The notes beneath the pieces are model-generated. The model was not told the origin of the DNA. It searched no databases and saw nothing but the letters and a program-made list of their open reading frames with translations. The translations under genes and the position numbers were made by a program. Positions 33,082 through 48,550 of a stretch of DNA of 64,000 bases are shown here, in pieces. The DNA comes from Eledone cirrhosa (taxonomy: Eukaryota). Each line of letters opens with the position of its first letter. The first letter of the stretch is position 1. The stretch spans positions 125,426,001-125,490,000 of the forward strand of contig OZ024744.1 of the NCBI GenBank assembly GCA_964016885.1, in the 5' to 3' direction.

Positions 33082-36000
33082 CATTCGCCGCCGGACTTCA
33101 GCTTCCTCATTTAGCATGGGCAGTTTTTCTTGAAAATCACACCACACACAGCAAATGTGTGTCCGCACATGTACCAGTAATTACAGATCGATTCCGGTGA
33201 AAATTCACTGAAAACGGGCCATCCGGCCCTGTGCGTCGATCGTGGGCCGGCCGGATGTTGACGGATCGATGTGTAATTAGAAGTACATGTGCGGACACTC
33301 ATTGGCTGTGCGTGGTATGCATTTCAGCAAGATATCTCCGTAACATCAAGAGTTATGGCTGTGGAGGCACACCTAGTCAAACGTAAACAAGGTCTGGAGC
33401 GTTTACGCTTCGCGATTTTGTTTACGTTTGACTAGGTGTGCCTCCACAGCCACAACTCTTGATGTTACGGAGATATCTTGCTGAAATGCATACCGCGCAC
33501 AGCCAATGAGTGTCCGCACATGTACTTCTAATTACACATCGATCCGTCAACATCCGGCCGGCCCACGATCGACGCACAGGGCCGGATGGCCCGTTTTCAG
33601 TGAATTTTCACCGGAATCTATCTGTAATTACTGGTACATGTGCGGAGACACATTTGCTGTGTGTGGTGTGATTTTCAAGAAAAACTGCCCATGCTAAATG
33701 AGGAAGCTGAAGTCCGCCGGCGAATGGTGTGCTTCGAAGAAAACTAATTCGAAAATGACCGTTTGCAGGCGGAGTAACCTTTTCGATCGTGGGCCAGCCG
33801 CCCGTGGTGGGATCCATCTGTAATTACTGGTACATGTGCGGACATACATTTGCTGTGTGTGGTGTGATTTTCAAGAAGAACTGCCCATGCTAAATGAGGA
33901 AGCTGAAGTCCGCCGGCGAATGGTGTGCTTCGAAGAAAACTAATTCGAAAATGACCGTTTGCAGGCGGAGTAACCTTTTCGATCGTGGGCCAGCCGCCCG
34001 TGGTGGGATCCATCTGTAATTACTGGTACATGTGCGGACATACATTTGCTGTGTGTGGTGTGATTTTCAAGAAGAACTGCCCATGCTAAATGAGGAAGCT
34101 GAAGTCCGCCGGCGAATGGTGTGCTTCGAAGAAAACTAATTCGAAAATGACCGTTTGCAGGCGGGGTAACCTTTTCGATCGTGGGCCAGCCGCCCGTGGT
34201 GGGATCCATCTGTAATTACTGGTACATGTGCGGACACACATTTGCTGTGTGTGGTGTGATTTTCGAGAAAGACTGCCCATGCTAAATGAGGAAGCTGAAG
34301 TCCGCCGGCGAATGGTGTGCTTCGAAGAAAACTAATTCGAAAATGACTATTTGCCGGCGGAATCACCTTTTCGGTCCTGGTCCGGCCGGATCTTGCCGGA
34401 TCGATCGGAAATTTGTGGACCATGTTCGGAAGGCCATTGTGCATGTGTGGTGAAAAAAATTTGTGTCGAAATCTTCTCGGAAAATAACGGATCGCCGGCG
34501 GAGATTGCCATTTCGATCGTGGGCCGGCCGGATCTTGTCGGATCGATTCGGACATATGTGCATCGTGTTCGCAAGGCCCTTGTCTATGTGTGGTGTGATT
34601 TTCATAAAGAAATTCCGAAAAACCCAGTTTTAAATCTGATTTCGCCAAAGAATTTTGGGTATCAGATCGGGTTGAAAGGTATGGTTTCAGGTCGATCTGA
34701 AAGTCTAAAATGGAATTCACTCGGTTAGCTAACTTTTGATATATCGGAGATATCTTTCTGAAAATCACACCACACACTCCCAATGAGTGTCTGCACATGT
34801 ACCAGTAATTACAGATGGATCCCACCACGGGCGGCCGGCCCACGATCGAAAAGGTTACTCCGAAGCACACCATTCGCCGGCGGAATTCATTTAGCATGGG
34901 CAGTTTTTCTCGAAAATCACACCACACACAGCCAATGAGTGTCCGCACATGTACCAGTAATTACAGATGGATCCCACCACGGGCGGCTGGCCCACGATCG
35001 AAAAGGTTACTCCGCCTGCAAACGGTCATTTTCGAATTAGTTTTCTTCGAAGCACACCATTCGCCGGCGGACTTCAGCTTCCTCATTTAGCATGGGCAGT
35101 TTTTCTCGAAAATCACACCACACACAGCAAATGTGTGTCCGCACATGTACCAGTAATTACAGATCGATTCCGGTGAAAATTCACTGAAAACGGGCCATTC
35201 TGCCCTGTGCGTCGATCGTGGGCCGGCCGGATGTTGACGGATCGATGTGTAATTAGAAGTACATGTGCGGACACTCATTGGCTGTGCGTGGTATGCATTT
35301 CAGCAAGATATCTCCGTAACATCAAGAGTTATGGCTGTGGAGGCACACCTAGTCAAACGTAAACAAGCTCTGGAGCGTATACGCTTCGCGATTTTGTTTA
35401 CGTTTGACTAGGTGTGCCTCCACAGCCACAACTCTTGATGTTACGGAGATATCTTGCTGAAATGCATACCACGCACAGCCAATGAGTGTCCGCACATGTA
35501 CTTCTAATTACACATCGATCCGTCAACATCCGGCCGGCCCACGATCGACGCACAGGGCCGGATGGCCCGTTTTCAGTGAATTTTCACCGGAATCGATCTG
35601 TAATTACTGGTACATGTGCGGACACACATTTGCTGTGTGTGGTGTGATTTTCACGAAAAACTGCCCATGCTAAATGAGGAAGCTGAAGTCCGCCGGCGAA
35701 TGGTGTGCTTCGAAGAAAACTAATTCGAAAATGACCGTTTGCAGGCGGAGTAACCTTTTCGATCGTGGGCCAGCCGCCCGTGGTGGGATACATCTGTAAT
35801 TACTGGTACATGTGCGGACACACATTTGCTGTGTGTGGTGTGATTTTCGAGAAAGACTGCCCATGCTAAATGAGGAAGCTGAAGTCCGCCGGCGAATGGT
35901 GTGCTTCGAAGAAAACTAATTCGAAAATGACTATTTGCCGGCGGAATCACCTTTTCGGTCCTGGTCCGGCCGGATCTTGCCGGATCGATCGGAAATTTGT

Positions 36001-37249
36001 GGACCATGTTCGGAAGGCCATTGTGCATGTGTGGTGAAAAAAATTTGTGTCGAAATCTTCTCGGAAAATAACGGATCGCCGGCGGAGATTGCCATTTCGA
36101 TCGTGGGCCGGCCGGATCTTGTCGGATCGATTCGGACATATGTGCATCGTGTTCGCAAGGCCCTTGTCTATGTGTGGTGTGATTTTCATAAAGAAATTCC
36201 GAAAAACCCAGTTTTAAATCTGATTTCGCCAAAGAATTTTGGCTATCAGATCGGGTTGAAAGGTATGGTTTCAGGTCGATCTGAAAGTCTAAAATGGAAT
36301 TCACTCGGTTAGCTAACTATTGATATATCGGAGATATCTTTCTGAAAATCACACCACACACTCCCAATGAGTGTCTGCACATGTACCAGTAATTACAGAT
36401 GGATCCCACCACGGGCGGCCGGCCCACGATCGAAAAAGTTACTCCGAAGCACACCATTCGCCGGCGGAATTCATTTAGCATGGGCAGTTTTTCTCGAAAA
36501 TCACACCACACACAGCCAATGAGTGTCCGCACATGTACCAGTAATTACAGATGGATCCCACCACGGGCGGCTGGCCCACGATCGAAAAGGTTACTCCGCC
36601 TGCAAACGGTCATTTTCGAATTAGTTTTCTTCGAAGCACACCATTCGCCGGCGGACTTCAGCTTCCTCATTTAGCATGGGCAGTTTTTCTTGAAAATCAC
36701 ACCACACACAGCAAATGTGTGTCCGCACATGTACCAGTAATTACAGATCGATTCCGGTGAAAATTCACTGAAAACGGGCCATTCGGCCCTGTGCGTCGAT
36801 CGTGGGCCGGCCGGATGTTGACGGATCGATGTGTAATTAGAAGTACATGTGCGGACACTCATTGGCTGTGCGTGGTATGCATTTCACTAAGATATCTCCG
36901 TAACATCAAGAGTTATGGCTGTGGAGGCACACCTAGTCAAACGTAAACAAGGTCTGGAGCGTTTACGCTTCGCGATTTTGTTTACGTTTGACTAGGTGTG
37001 CCTCCACAGCGACAACTCTTGATGTTACGGAGATATCTTGCTGAAATTCATACCACGCACAGCCAATGAGTGTCCGCACATGTACCTGTAATTACACATC
37101 GATCCGACGACGGACAGAGTATTCGGTTTATTTTCTTGACATATTTCTTTACATATTGTCCAGGCATGCACTTTTTCCATGATTAGTTCTGTTGACGGCC
37201 CGCTTTCCAAAATACCTTATCCTGTGCAACGCCGGGTACCACTGCTAGT
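33082..37249. repeat. Complex palindromic satellite / Helitron-like element, copy 2
   Basis: Same as 1081-5248 at offset 32001. Confidence 0.85.
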
Positions 37250-40200
37250 ATATATATGTGTATGTATATATATATATATATATTGGTAAACGGAATAGAA
37301 AATTGTGACAAATTGTTCACAGTGAAAAATAGTTTAATTAGGAATAAGTGATAATTAGTAATAGTATTGGTTAGTATTAAGTTTTGGTTTTAAGTTTTAC
37401 CGGTTGCGCATTTCTAATGCTTTTCAAAAATAATTTTGAGATAGAGCGTCCGTGATGTTTGCTCTGATCTGTATATATATATATATATATATAGACAAAC
37501 AGTAGAAAGGAAAAAGATTTTTTCAGTAGAAATTGCTGAAGAGATTCTTTCAGTGTAATTTCAAAACATTAATTTATTTATAAAGTGGATATTTCCACAT
37601 TTAATAATGGCACTGGGTTCAGCATTATATACATTGTCAATTGTGGATTCTACTTTTGGCACAAGGGCTGCAATTATCCAGTACATTACTGGTACTTTAT
37701 TATTTATACAAATAATAATTGTTTCTACTTTTGGCACAAGGGCAGCAATTACCCAGTACATTACTGGTACTTTATTATTTATACAAATAATAATTGTTTC
37801 TACTTTAGGCACAAGGTCAGCAATTACCCAGTACATTACTGGTACTTTATTATTTATACAAATAATAATTGTTTCTACTTTAGGCACAAGGTCAGCAATT
37901 ACCCCAGTACTTTATTTTATCGACCCCGTAAGGATGAAAGAAAAGTTAACCTCAACGGGATTTGAACTCAGTCTGTAAAGGGAGGTAACTGCTGGATTAA
38001 TTTGGTTAATTAAGTTAACAGAAATTATGAACCGGTTTCTACAGAGCCTTCTGGACATTTAACCCTTTAGCATTTAAACCAGCCATACCTAGCCAGAATA
38101 CTCTCACATCTTTCTGTTCAAACCAGCCATAACTGGCCACTCATACTGACGTTAAGGTATTGTTCTCAATATAAATAATATCAAAATCTCATAGATTCGA
38201 TATTATATGAGATAATTATGTAAGATAAAGCCTTTACCACAAAAATACAATAGTATATATAGAGTAATAAAAATGCTAAAGGGTAAAAGTAGCTTATTAT
38301 TTTGTGAGCTCTTGCTACTTATTGCTCTTGTGCATCAAGAACATACACAGCTTACATTTTGTTGCTAATCTCACTGAGATCCAACTACATCTCTTGTTTA
38401 TCCATAGTTTGGAATTTCTACCTACTCCTTTCCTTTAGAATGATCAAGGCCATTTTCTTGTGGGGATCTAGGCCCTGTTTTCCTTTCTATTTTGCCAAGT
38501 TATCTTACATCACTTTCATTCTAGACCATGCTTCCAGGTTTGGAATTTCTCCTCTAATTTTACCACAGATTAAGTGACAAGGGTTCAATCATGTGCATAC
38601 AGGAGTTCCCATGGACAGCCAGTAATATGTAATAGCCTGCAGGATGATAATAAACAGAAGAGGGTTAATTACAGAGCCCTGATAGAGGGTTAATAACAGA
38701 GCCCTGATAGACTTGTTCACTCAACTCCTCACTATAGCCATCATTACTTTTAACCTTACTGACTGCTCCTCCATACATGGCTTTTACTGCTCTCACAAGC
38801 CACTCATATACCCCTAGTTTTCTAAGTTATACACCAGATTAGGGAAGGGGGAAGTCTCACAGAAGCTCTCTCTGGGTCAACAAATGCCAAGTAGAGGGGC
38901 TTATTTTAGCTAGGTACTACTCTTGCAGTTGCCACACAAGGAAGAGGACATCAGTGGTACTTTTACCTGGCACAAATCCAAACTTCATCTCATCTAGGTT
39001 AACTTGGTCCCTAATCAGCTGTGTTATAAATCTAACACCTTCATGAAGTGGTCCATCTAATATCTCTATAGTTTTCTAGCTCTAGTACATCTCCTTTGCC
39101 CTTGTAGCAGTTGATGATGATGATACTACACCATTTATTTGGTATGACACCATTTTGTATTACATGCTGTACGATACCAGTGGTTAAGATGTGACCCACC
39201 ATCCCAGATACTTTCAGTATCTCAGCAACTATCACCAATGGACAAGATACTTTCTCTGTCTTCATATCCTTAATTACCTTACTTCATATCCTTAATTACC
39301 TTACTGCTTACTTGTATGGCTGGACCCTCTGTTGGGCCCACTTTCCGTAGACTATCTTCCTCCCATGCATTCTCCTCATTCAGTAATCTTTCATAAAGGC
39401 ATTTCCATGTTACAAAGGTTGGCTGAAAAGTTCATAGACTATCAATGATAGCATGATGCTAGAGCTGTGAAATCTTGCCTGCATTAATTTCAACTCTTCT
39501 TATTAATAACTGCATTGTTTCCTTCCAGGGACTATGTTGAAAAATAAACCTCATTTGGTCATTCCATGAGTGTATCTTGGTATGCCTATGAACTTTTCAG
39601 CTGACCCTATTCAGCATCAGTGAGCCCAAATGCCCCATTATCATCCTGGACACACTTTACCCCAACATCACAATTTGCCCTCACACACTGCCTCACAATC
39701 CTGAACATCTCATGTATTTCATCCTCACATCATAAAACCAACTGAAATTATATATTCTCTGCTTCCCTCCTTGCAAAGAATACTTCTTGCCTAGCTTCCT
39801 GTAGTGTACCCTCCAGCTGCCTCCATTCTGCCATTATTCCATGCCTGTCTCTTGGCCTTAACTGTCTCATCTACCCTAGTGTTTCACCACCAAGATACTC
39901 TCCTCTCTGAAGCCCTGCTCCAGCCACAGATCTAGTTTGACACCTTCAGCAAAGGTTCTTTAAGGAACTCCCACTGTTCCCCTATATTGTATGTTTCTAT
40001 TTGTTCTTCCTTACTGTTGTAAAGATCAAACAAAATATCTCTAAATTTGGAACTGGCTGAGGGGTCCTTTAACTTCCATATCCTTCTCCTCCAAGTTGCC
40101 CTCAGTCTTCAAGTTCATCTAAGTCTATGAAATCACTAACTACTGGGTTATGTTGGGAGGTGCATTCTTCCCCAGGGGGTGGGGATTGTGTGTTTACAAA

Positions 40201-42487
40201 TGTCAATATCTCATCTTCTGGTGAGGATAAAAATCTGACTGGCATGCTCCTCTGACCAATAGGTGTTGAAGTGGTTGTCGGGTAAACGTTAAGACCCTCT
40301 GATATACATATATATATATATATACTAGCAGTGGTACCCGGCGTTGCACGGGATAACGTATTTCGGAACGCGGGCCGCCATCTTCCACTTCAGCCGGTCG
40401 CCCTAAAGTGTTGGCTATTCAGTCTACTTGAGGCCAGTTGGTGAGGGGGGGTAAAGCTTTCAGTGTGCTACTACCCTCACGGTCAAATAGAAAGGGAGAG
40501 GAAGAAAAGTCAGCGTTAATATCGTGCTACACGTTTGAAAGGTTGGATGACCTTAGAGTTCACCAGGGTGGGGGGTTCTAAAAGTATCTATCTTGGTATT
40601 TTATCTTAGAAGTAATCATTACAGAGTGTACTGGGTGTATTTTAGTGGGCAGTAATTCCATAAAGAACACAGTATAATCTGTGGACACAAGCCTTGCAGT
40701 GTGATTACAGGCAGGTTAATGGGAAAGATAGATTATATATGTGACATGATGTACATGAGAAGTGAGGACACAGACCACACATGAAATAGATTCCTACAAC
40801 TGTCAGGGAGGCTCCCTAGAATTACAGATGACATATTTCAATATCTCGGTGATCAAGTTAGCAGTGGAGGAAGAATCTCTAAAAGTGTAATACCCAGGAT
40901 AAGGACAGGCTGGAAGAAGTTTAGAGTACTGTTCCATCTGTTGACAACAAAGGGCTTCTCTCTCAGAATGGAGGCTAGACTGCTTGATACTTATGTGTGG
41001 TCTGCAATCTACACCCCAGCCATGCCCCTTCCACTACCACTCCTTAGCTATTTCTCTCCATTAATACTCCTCACATTTCAAGCAGTTTTCTCATCTCAAT
41101 GAAAGAAAAATATTGGGCTCAAGAGAAGTCTTCAGTTATGCCATGGTGTGGCAACCTCCCTAGGGTTGGGCAGAGTGTAAATGAGAGTGAAATTAGGTAT
41201 GAGAGGGATCATATGCAGTATACAAGAGAGTAGATTACATTGGTATGGTCATGTGATGGGTATAAAGGATGACAGCTGTATAAAAATGTGCTGGGCAATC
41301 AAAGTTGATGGAAGTTATGAAGGCGGAAGACCCAGGATGACCTGGGATGAGGTGATAAAAGATGACTTTGCACAATTGCAACTCTCAAAGACAATGACAC
41401 AGGATAGAGATCTTGAGATGTATGCAGCAATACAGAAGGCCTGCTTTCCAATGTGCACGGACTCAAACATACATCTAGTAGGCCCCTCCTAACCACTATA
41501 CTCCTTTCCAAACTCCCACACTCCCACTTCTGTACACACCACCTTTAGACTGTAAAGTGGTAGTGTACAAGTCACAACAAAAGCACCCAGTCCACTCTGT
41601 AAAGTTGATGTGTTGGTGTCATAACAAAAGGCACTCAGTCCACTCTGTAAAGAGGTTGTGTAAGTGTCACAACAAAGACATCTAGTCCACACTGTAAAGT
41701 GGTCATGTAGGTGTCACAACAAAAAGTACCAGTCATTATTGTAAAGTGGTTGTATAGGTGTCATAACAAAAAGCACCCAGTCGACACTGTAAAGTGGTTG
41801 TGTAGGTGTCAGAACCAAAAGCACCCAGTCCACACTGTAAAGTGGTTGTGTAGGTGTCATGACAAAAAGCACCTAGTCCACACTGTAAAGTGGTCATGCA
41901 GGTGTCATGACAAAAAGCACCCAGTCCTCACTGTAAAGTGGTCATGTAGGTGTCATGTCAAAAAGCACCCAGTCCACCCTGTAAAGTGGTTGTGTAGGTG
42001 TCATGATAAAAAGCACCCAGTCCACACAGTAAAGTGGTCATGTAGGTGTCACTAAAAAAGCACCCAGTCTACTCTGTAAAGTGGTCATGTAGGTGTCATG
42101 ACAAATAGCACCCAGTCCACCCTGTAAAGTGTTCATGTAGGTGTCATGACGGAGAGTAACCAGTCCACAATGTAAAGTAGCCATGTAGCTGTCACAACAA
42201 AGCACCCAGTCCACACTGTAAAGTGGTCATGTAGGTGTCATTTCAAAAAGCACCCAGGTCCATGGCTTGGCCTGCTAACCGACGCTATACCCAAGTCGGT
42301 CGCCATGCTTTCCAGCATAGAGTTACGTCTCTTTATGGTCTGAGTTCAAATCACGCCGAGGTTAACTTTGCCTTTCATCCTTACGGGGTCGATAAAATAA
42401 AGCACCAGTAATGTACTGGGGTCGATTTAATCGACTTTCCCCTCCTCTGCCAAATGACACACACATGCATGGTTCGGGGGAACCTAC

Positions 42488-42553
<66 letters not shown>

Positions 42554-43432
42554 GTAGGTCACTGGTTGAGTCGGTATTAACCACAGTAACTAAGGTACTC
42601 AATACATATTAGATATAGGTGTCTTTCTAATTGCTGGCCTTGTTCATAAGGTATACACAAGTATGATGTGTGTCTGTTTAACTGTACGTGTGAAAACATC
42701 GCGAAATTGCGCCTTTTAATATTTGAATATAAACAGTTAAAAAATAATTATTTTAGTAATTTTTAAATATCGATAATGTGTATATAAATATTAGAAATCA
42801 ATTTAATTAGTTCAGTAACATTACTCGGAGTTAAGATAAACCTTCATTTGAAGAAATTCGAGATTTGACCAAATAAATAGATTATGTGATCAATAAAAAA
42901 AATATGTATACGCGCTTGAACGACGGGTTGCAGACAGTCAGGCATACAGACACATATTTTAAAGCGTGCGACGTTAAAAGTCTTACTCTCTCTCTTTTTA
43001 GATAGATAGACTTAATTAAAGCAGTTTCACTCTCTCTATATTTCATCAGCTCTCTCTCTCTTAAATTGAAAGATTCATTAAGGCTGAAATAATCTAAACA
43101 GTAACATCATTTTTCGCCAGCTCTAGCTTGCGTCCAGAGATATACACACACATATATATATATTTTTTTTGTTATCGAGTTGAGCTTTGCCAAGCATAGA
43201 ATTCCAAATTTGACCATCTCCACTGAAAATGTTCGTGAAATAGTCTTTAAGAAGCAATTTAATTTTTTCCAACTGAAACTGTAAGTATTTTAAAATTTAT
43301 TTCAACATGGTCTTAAAAGATTGTTGGCTTTTTTTAAATTCATAACTATTTACTATGAAATATAAATTATTAAATCCAATTTATTTGATAACCATGATTT
43401 GATTTTATAATTACCTGAATCACGTTAACATG

Positions 43433-43473
<41 letters not shown>

Positions 43474-43731
43474 GTGTGTGTATATATATATATATATAAT
43501 AATTGTTTCTACGTTACGCAGTGTATTACTGGTACTGTATTTTACGATATTAAATATTAAATATTAACTATTAGATATTAAATATTAAATATTAGATATT
43601 AGATATTAAATATTAAATATTAAATATGATATCCCTGAAATATATATAATGAAATAAATATGGTTTTATAAATGTAATTTCCATTTGTTTAATATCAAAT
43701 ATATATATATATATATATGTATTTATGTATA

Positions 43732-43837
<106 letters not shown>

Positions 43838-44064
43838 GCAGACACAGACACAGAATATCGTATATATCACACACACACAATTAAGACTTGACGTGTTGCA
43901 GACAGCCAGACATACAGAGAGATATTTTAAAGCGTGCGACCTTACATTTCTTACTCTTTCTCTTATCAAAAGAGAAAGAGTAATGCTAACACTTACGTCT
44001 ACTTCACGCTCTCTTGAACCGTTACAGAAATTGCATCACATCTAATTATAACTTTGTACGTTTG

Positions 44065-44103
<39 letters not shown>

Positions 44104-44162
44104 GTGTGTGTGTATATATATATATATACGTGTGTGTGTGTATATATATACACACACACGTG

Positions 44163-44224
<62 letters not shown>

Positions 44225-44277
44225 AATACACACACACGTGTGTGTGTATATATATATATATATACACACACACACGG

Positions 44278-44358
<81 letters not shown>

Positions 44359-44448
44359 CACACACACGTGTGTGTGTATATATATATATACACACACACA
44401 CGTGTGTGTGTATATATTTATATATATATATATACACACGTGTGTGTG

Positions 44449-44493
<45 letters not shown>

Positions 44494-44497
44494 GTGA

Positions 44498-44528
<31 letters not shown>

Positions 44529-44904
44529 CACGTGTGTGTGTGTATATATATATATATACACACACACGTGTGTATATATATATATATACATATATATATA
44601 TACACACACACGTGTGTGTGTATATAATAATAATAATAATAATGAAATGATTGTGTACAGTGCTCAGGTGCACTACAACTCATCAAAGGTGCATGTATAG
44701 TACATAGAATAATGTACAAATGTCAGGAAAATAAACAGTGTATGAGTCATGATATAATAACAATAACAATAATGAAATATTGTGCACTGTGCCCAGGTGC
44801 ACCACAACCCATCAAAAAAGTGCATGTACAGTACATAGGGCAATGCACAAACATCAGTAAAATGAACAGTGCACACATGTGTGCATGTGTATGGAAGGGG
44901 CACA

Positions 44905-47670
44905 TCAGGTGTAGTTTTGGCGTATTTCGGGAAGCATGAGTGTCTTAAAGGATGCAGTGTCTCGGCAGCTAACAATTGACGCAGGCAGTTTGTTCCATGT
45001 TTCAGCAACTCTGAGCGTGAAAAAATGTCTGCGAAAGTCATGGGAGCTGTGCTGTTTTCTTATCTTGTAGGCATGTCCACGTGTGTTAGACACATGGAGA
45101 TCAAAGAGGCGCTCAGGGTTGCAGTTGGCGAGATGGTTAAAAACTTTGTGGGTATTCACCAAGTCCACTGCCAGATGTCGGAGCTTCAATGAATCCATGC
45201 CCAGGGAAGCAAGGCGTTCAGAGTATGGTAGGTGTCTGATGGAGGGTATGCGCTTGGTTGCACGTCTCTGAACAGCTTCCAGGAGGTCAATGTTCCGAGC
45301 AAGATAGGGGTTCCAGACTGATGATGCGAATTCCAAGTGTGGTCGCACCATAGCTGTATACAGTTTTAAATAGATGGCTAGAGAGCGGCTAACAAAGGTC
45401 TTGCTGAGTGATGCCAAGACACCCTCGGCCTTCTTGACAATCTTAGAGACATGCTTTGTCCAACGCAAATCGTTGCCGACAGTAATGCCCAGGTCACGTT
45501 CACAAGAGGACTTTTTGATGTCAGTGTTGTGGAGGGAGTATGTGGACGCTGGATTTTTCCTTCCAAAATGCATGGTGGTACACTTGTCCACAGCCAGCTT
45601 CAGTTGCCAGTCTGTGATCCATTGCTGCATTGTGTCCAGGTCTGATTTTAGGAAAGAGTTGTAAATTTCAGGATCAGTCCTTTTGATTTCAAGGTACAGC
45701 TTGATGTCATCTGCATATTTTAGTACCGTGGCATTCTGTAAGTTGGCATCTATGTCATTAATATATGCCACAAACAAAAGAGGACCAAGAACAGATCCCT
45801 GTGGTACACCAGATGACATCTCATATGGTGAAGAATGCTGTCCTAGAACCGTGACTACTTTCCTTCGGCTGAGAATGAAGGATTTCAGCCAGTCGAAAAG
45901 ATCATCCCTCACACCCATTGCAGAGAGTTTTGCCATAAGTCTTTTGTGTGGCACAGAATTAAAAGCCTTAGCAAAGTCAAGGTAAACAACATCCACCCAT
46001 GAGCCGCTGTCAGTGATCCGGGTGATGTCCTCAAGGAACTCGATAAGCTGATCACAGCAGCTGGAGTTAGGGATAAATCCAAACTGTGAGGGCCGGATGA
46101 GGCTGTGAGAGCTCCAGAAGTTCCAAAGTGTTTCTCTGACACAGGATTCCATCAGTTTGGCCATACAGCTAGTAAGACTGACTGGACGATAGTTGACAGG
46201 TGACATGCGGTTGCCCTTTTTGAACAGGGGAATGACACTGGCAGTTTTCCACTGCTCCGGAGTAGCACCATTGCTGAGACAGTATTGAAAGAAAAAAGAA
46301 AGCTGGCGCAAAAGGAAATCCCCGCCACGTTTGAGAAGCAGGTATGTCACACCATCAAGACCAGGGGAGGCATAGTTGCGCTTATTCTTAAGGTGACGTC
46401 GCAACATTGCAGGTGTAAATTCCATAGTTGTTATGGAATTTGATGTTAGAGATGGTGGAGATGGTACATTCTGGTTTTCAACAGTAAAAATACTTGCATA
46501 GCACTCAGCAATGAGTTCTGCGCATTCCTTGGGATCGTCAGTGATCTGGCTTGTGTGGGGATTGCGAAGAGGACCAACTGGAGAGTGAGGTCTCTGCTTT
46601 GAATGAACATATTTCCAGAACACCTTACTGTCAGGATTGGTTGCGATGCACTGTTCAAATTCAAGCACTGCCTTCTTTGTCACTTGCTTGAGATGGTTAG
46701 AAGATTTATTCCGCTTTTTTCTGTTGGCATCTGATCTATGCAGTTTATATTCCCGTTCAGCGTTCCGACGTTCTTTCCTGGCAAGTCGGACTGCTGAAGT
46801 TTCCCAGATTGCACTTTTGGGGTGGTTATTTTTCCGCTTCCGTGGCACTGATGCTGCACACGCTATCCATATTGAGTCCAGGATGCTCTGGAGTATAGAG
46901 TTCACATCTCCAGAGTTATACATCTCATGCCAGTTTGGGCGCTGTAGCTCAGTGCAGTACAAGTTCCAATCCGCCCTCTTCCAATCAAAGCAAGCAGATT
47001 GGAGATGGCTCTGGTTTTTGTTGCTGCCCTCAAGTGCCAGATTGGCAATGATCATAGCATGATCAGAGTCGCCTAGAGGTTCCTCAGTAGTACAACTGAT
47101 AACCACTTCAGGAGTAGTGGTGAAGATCAGGTCCAAAGTGTTGTCACCTCTTGTTGGAGAGGTGACTACTTGTGACCAGTTTGAGTCCAGCACTAGTTCA
47201 AGGAAATCGTTTGCACCCTGTGGCCAACGAAAGGTTTCCCAATCGATCTCAGGATGATTGAAGTCACCTGCAATAAACACATAAGTGGCTGTTTTCTTGG
47301 CAGCAACTCTGAGGATATCGCAAAGCTGTGTGTCCTGATGGTAGTTTGGGGGGCGATAAACAACACCAAGCAGAAGTGTTGACATGGTCATACGTATGTC
47401 ACAGAAAAAAACTTCTTCCTGTGATTCGTTCAAATCAACGCAAGGAATTACCGAAAAGTTTGAACGAACGTAGACCATCACACCACCACCACGGCGGTTA
47501 ATGCGGTCCTTGCGGAAAAGGTTGTACCCAGTAATGGTGAAAACCCCATCACAGAGTAAGGAATGTGCCCATGTTTCCGTGACTGTGATGAAGTCAGGGT
47601 CGATGCTTCTGACGTAGGATTCGAACAGATGTATCTTGTTGCATAAACTGCGAGCATTTAAGGACAACAA
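44905..47670 (-). CDS. LINE ORF2 (APE + RT), 921 aa, copy 2
   Basis: Translation appears identical to 12902-15667. Confidence 0.93.
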   Translation of the reverse strand: MLSLNARSLCNKIHLFESYVRSIDPDFITVTETWAHSLLCDGVFTITGYNLFRKDRINRRGGGVMVYVRSNFSVIPCVDLNESQEEVFFCDIRMTMSTLLLGVVYRPPNYHQDTQLCDILRVAAKKTATYVFIAGDFNHPEIDWETFRWPQGANDFLELVLDSNWSQVVTSPTRGDNTLDLIFTTTPEVVISCTTEEPLGDSDHAMIIANLALEGSNKNQSHLQSACFDWKRADWNLYCTELQRPNWHEMYNSGDVNSILQSILDSIWIACAASVPRKRKNNHPKSAIWETSAVRLARKERRNAEREYKLHRSDANRKKRNKSSNHLKQVTKKAVLEFEQCIATNPDSKVFWKYVHSKQRPHSPVGPLRNPHTSQITDDPKECAELIAECYASIFTVENQNVPSPPSLTSNSITTMEFTPAMLRRHLKNKRNYASPGLDGVTYLLLKRGGDFLLRQLSFFFQYCLSNGATPEQWKTASVIPLFKKGNRMSPVNYRPVSLTSCMAKLMESCVRETLWNFWSSHSLIRPSQFGFIPNSSCCDQLIEFLEDITRITDSGSWVDVVYLDFAKAFNSVPHKRLMAKLSAMGVRDDLFDWLKSFILSRRKVVTVLGQHSSPYEMSSGVPQGSVLGPLLFVAYINDIDANLQNATVLKYADDIKLYLEIKRTDPEIYNSFLKSDLDTMQQWITDWQLKLAVDKCTTMHFGRKNPASTYSLHNTDIKKSSCERDLGITVGNDLRWTKHVSKIVKKAEGVLASLSKTFVSRSLAIYLKLYTAMVRPHLEFASSVWNPYLARNIDLLEAVQRRATKRIPSIRHLPYSERLASLGMDSLKLRHLAVDLVNTHKVFNHLANCNPERLFDLHVSNTRGHAYKIRKQHSSHDFRRHFFTLRVAETWNKLPASIVSCRDTASFKTLMLPEIRQNYT

Positions 47671-47948
47671 TTTGTACCCTGCTCGCAGTCTATGATGGTG
47701 TGTAGAGGGTGGCAGGTTGTTCTGGTTTAGTTTCCCAGAGTTGTAGCAGTTTTTACATTGCCAGTTATTGTGGGTAGATCACACTCAGACCAGCTGGTAT
47801 CTCTCTTCCACGTTTCACCCGCCTTGACAAACCTCCAGATCTGCCCATCATCACGCAGACTGAAACTTTCATCTTGTGCTGTATATATATATATATACAC
47901 ACGTGTGTGTGTATTTATGTATATATATATATATATATACACACACAC

Positions 47949-47990
<42 letters not shown>

Positions 47991-48107
47991 GTGTGTGTGT
48001 GTATATATATTTATATATATATACACACACGTGTGTGTGTATATATATATATATATATACACGTGTGTGTGTATTTATATATATATATATATACACACAC
48101 ACGTGTG

Positions 48108-48138
<31 letters not shown>

Positions 48139-48519
48139 GTGTGTGTATATATATATATCTGTCTCTCTCCCTGTCTCTCACTCTCCCTCTATCCCCCCTC
48201 TCTCTCTCTCTCTGTCTCTCTCTCCCCCCCCCCCCTCTCTCTCTAGTAGTAGAGAGAGACAAAGAGAGAGAGATATAAACGTATAACCCTAACCAAACCC
48301 TAACCCCAACCCTAACCCTAACCTAACCCTAACCCATCTCTCTCTCTCTCTCACCCCCTCTCTCTCTCTCTAGTAGTAGAGAGAGAGACAAAGAGAGAGA
48401 GAGATATAAACGTATAACCCTAACCCAACCCTAACCTCTCTCTCTCTTCTCTCTCTCTCTCTCCCCTCTCTCTCTCTATTCCCCCCTCTCTATTCCCCCC
48501 CCCCTCTCTCTCTAGTAGT

Positions 48520-48550
<31 letters not shown>
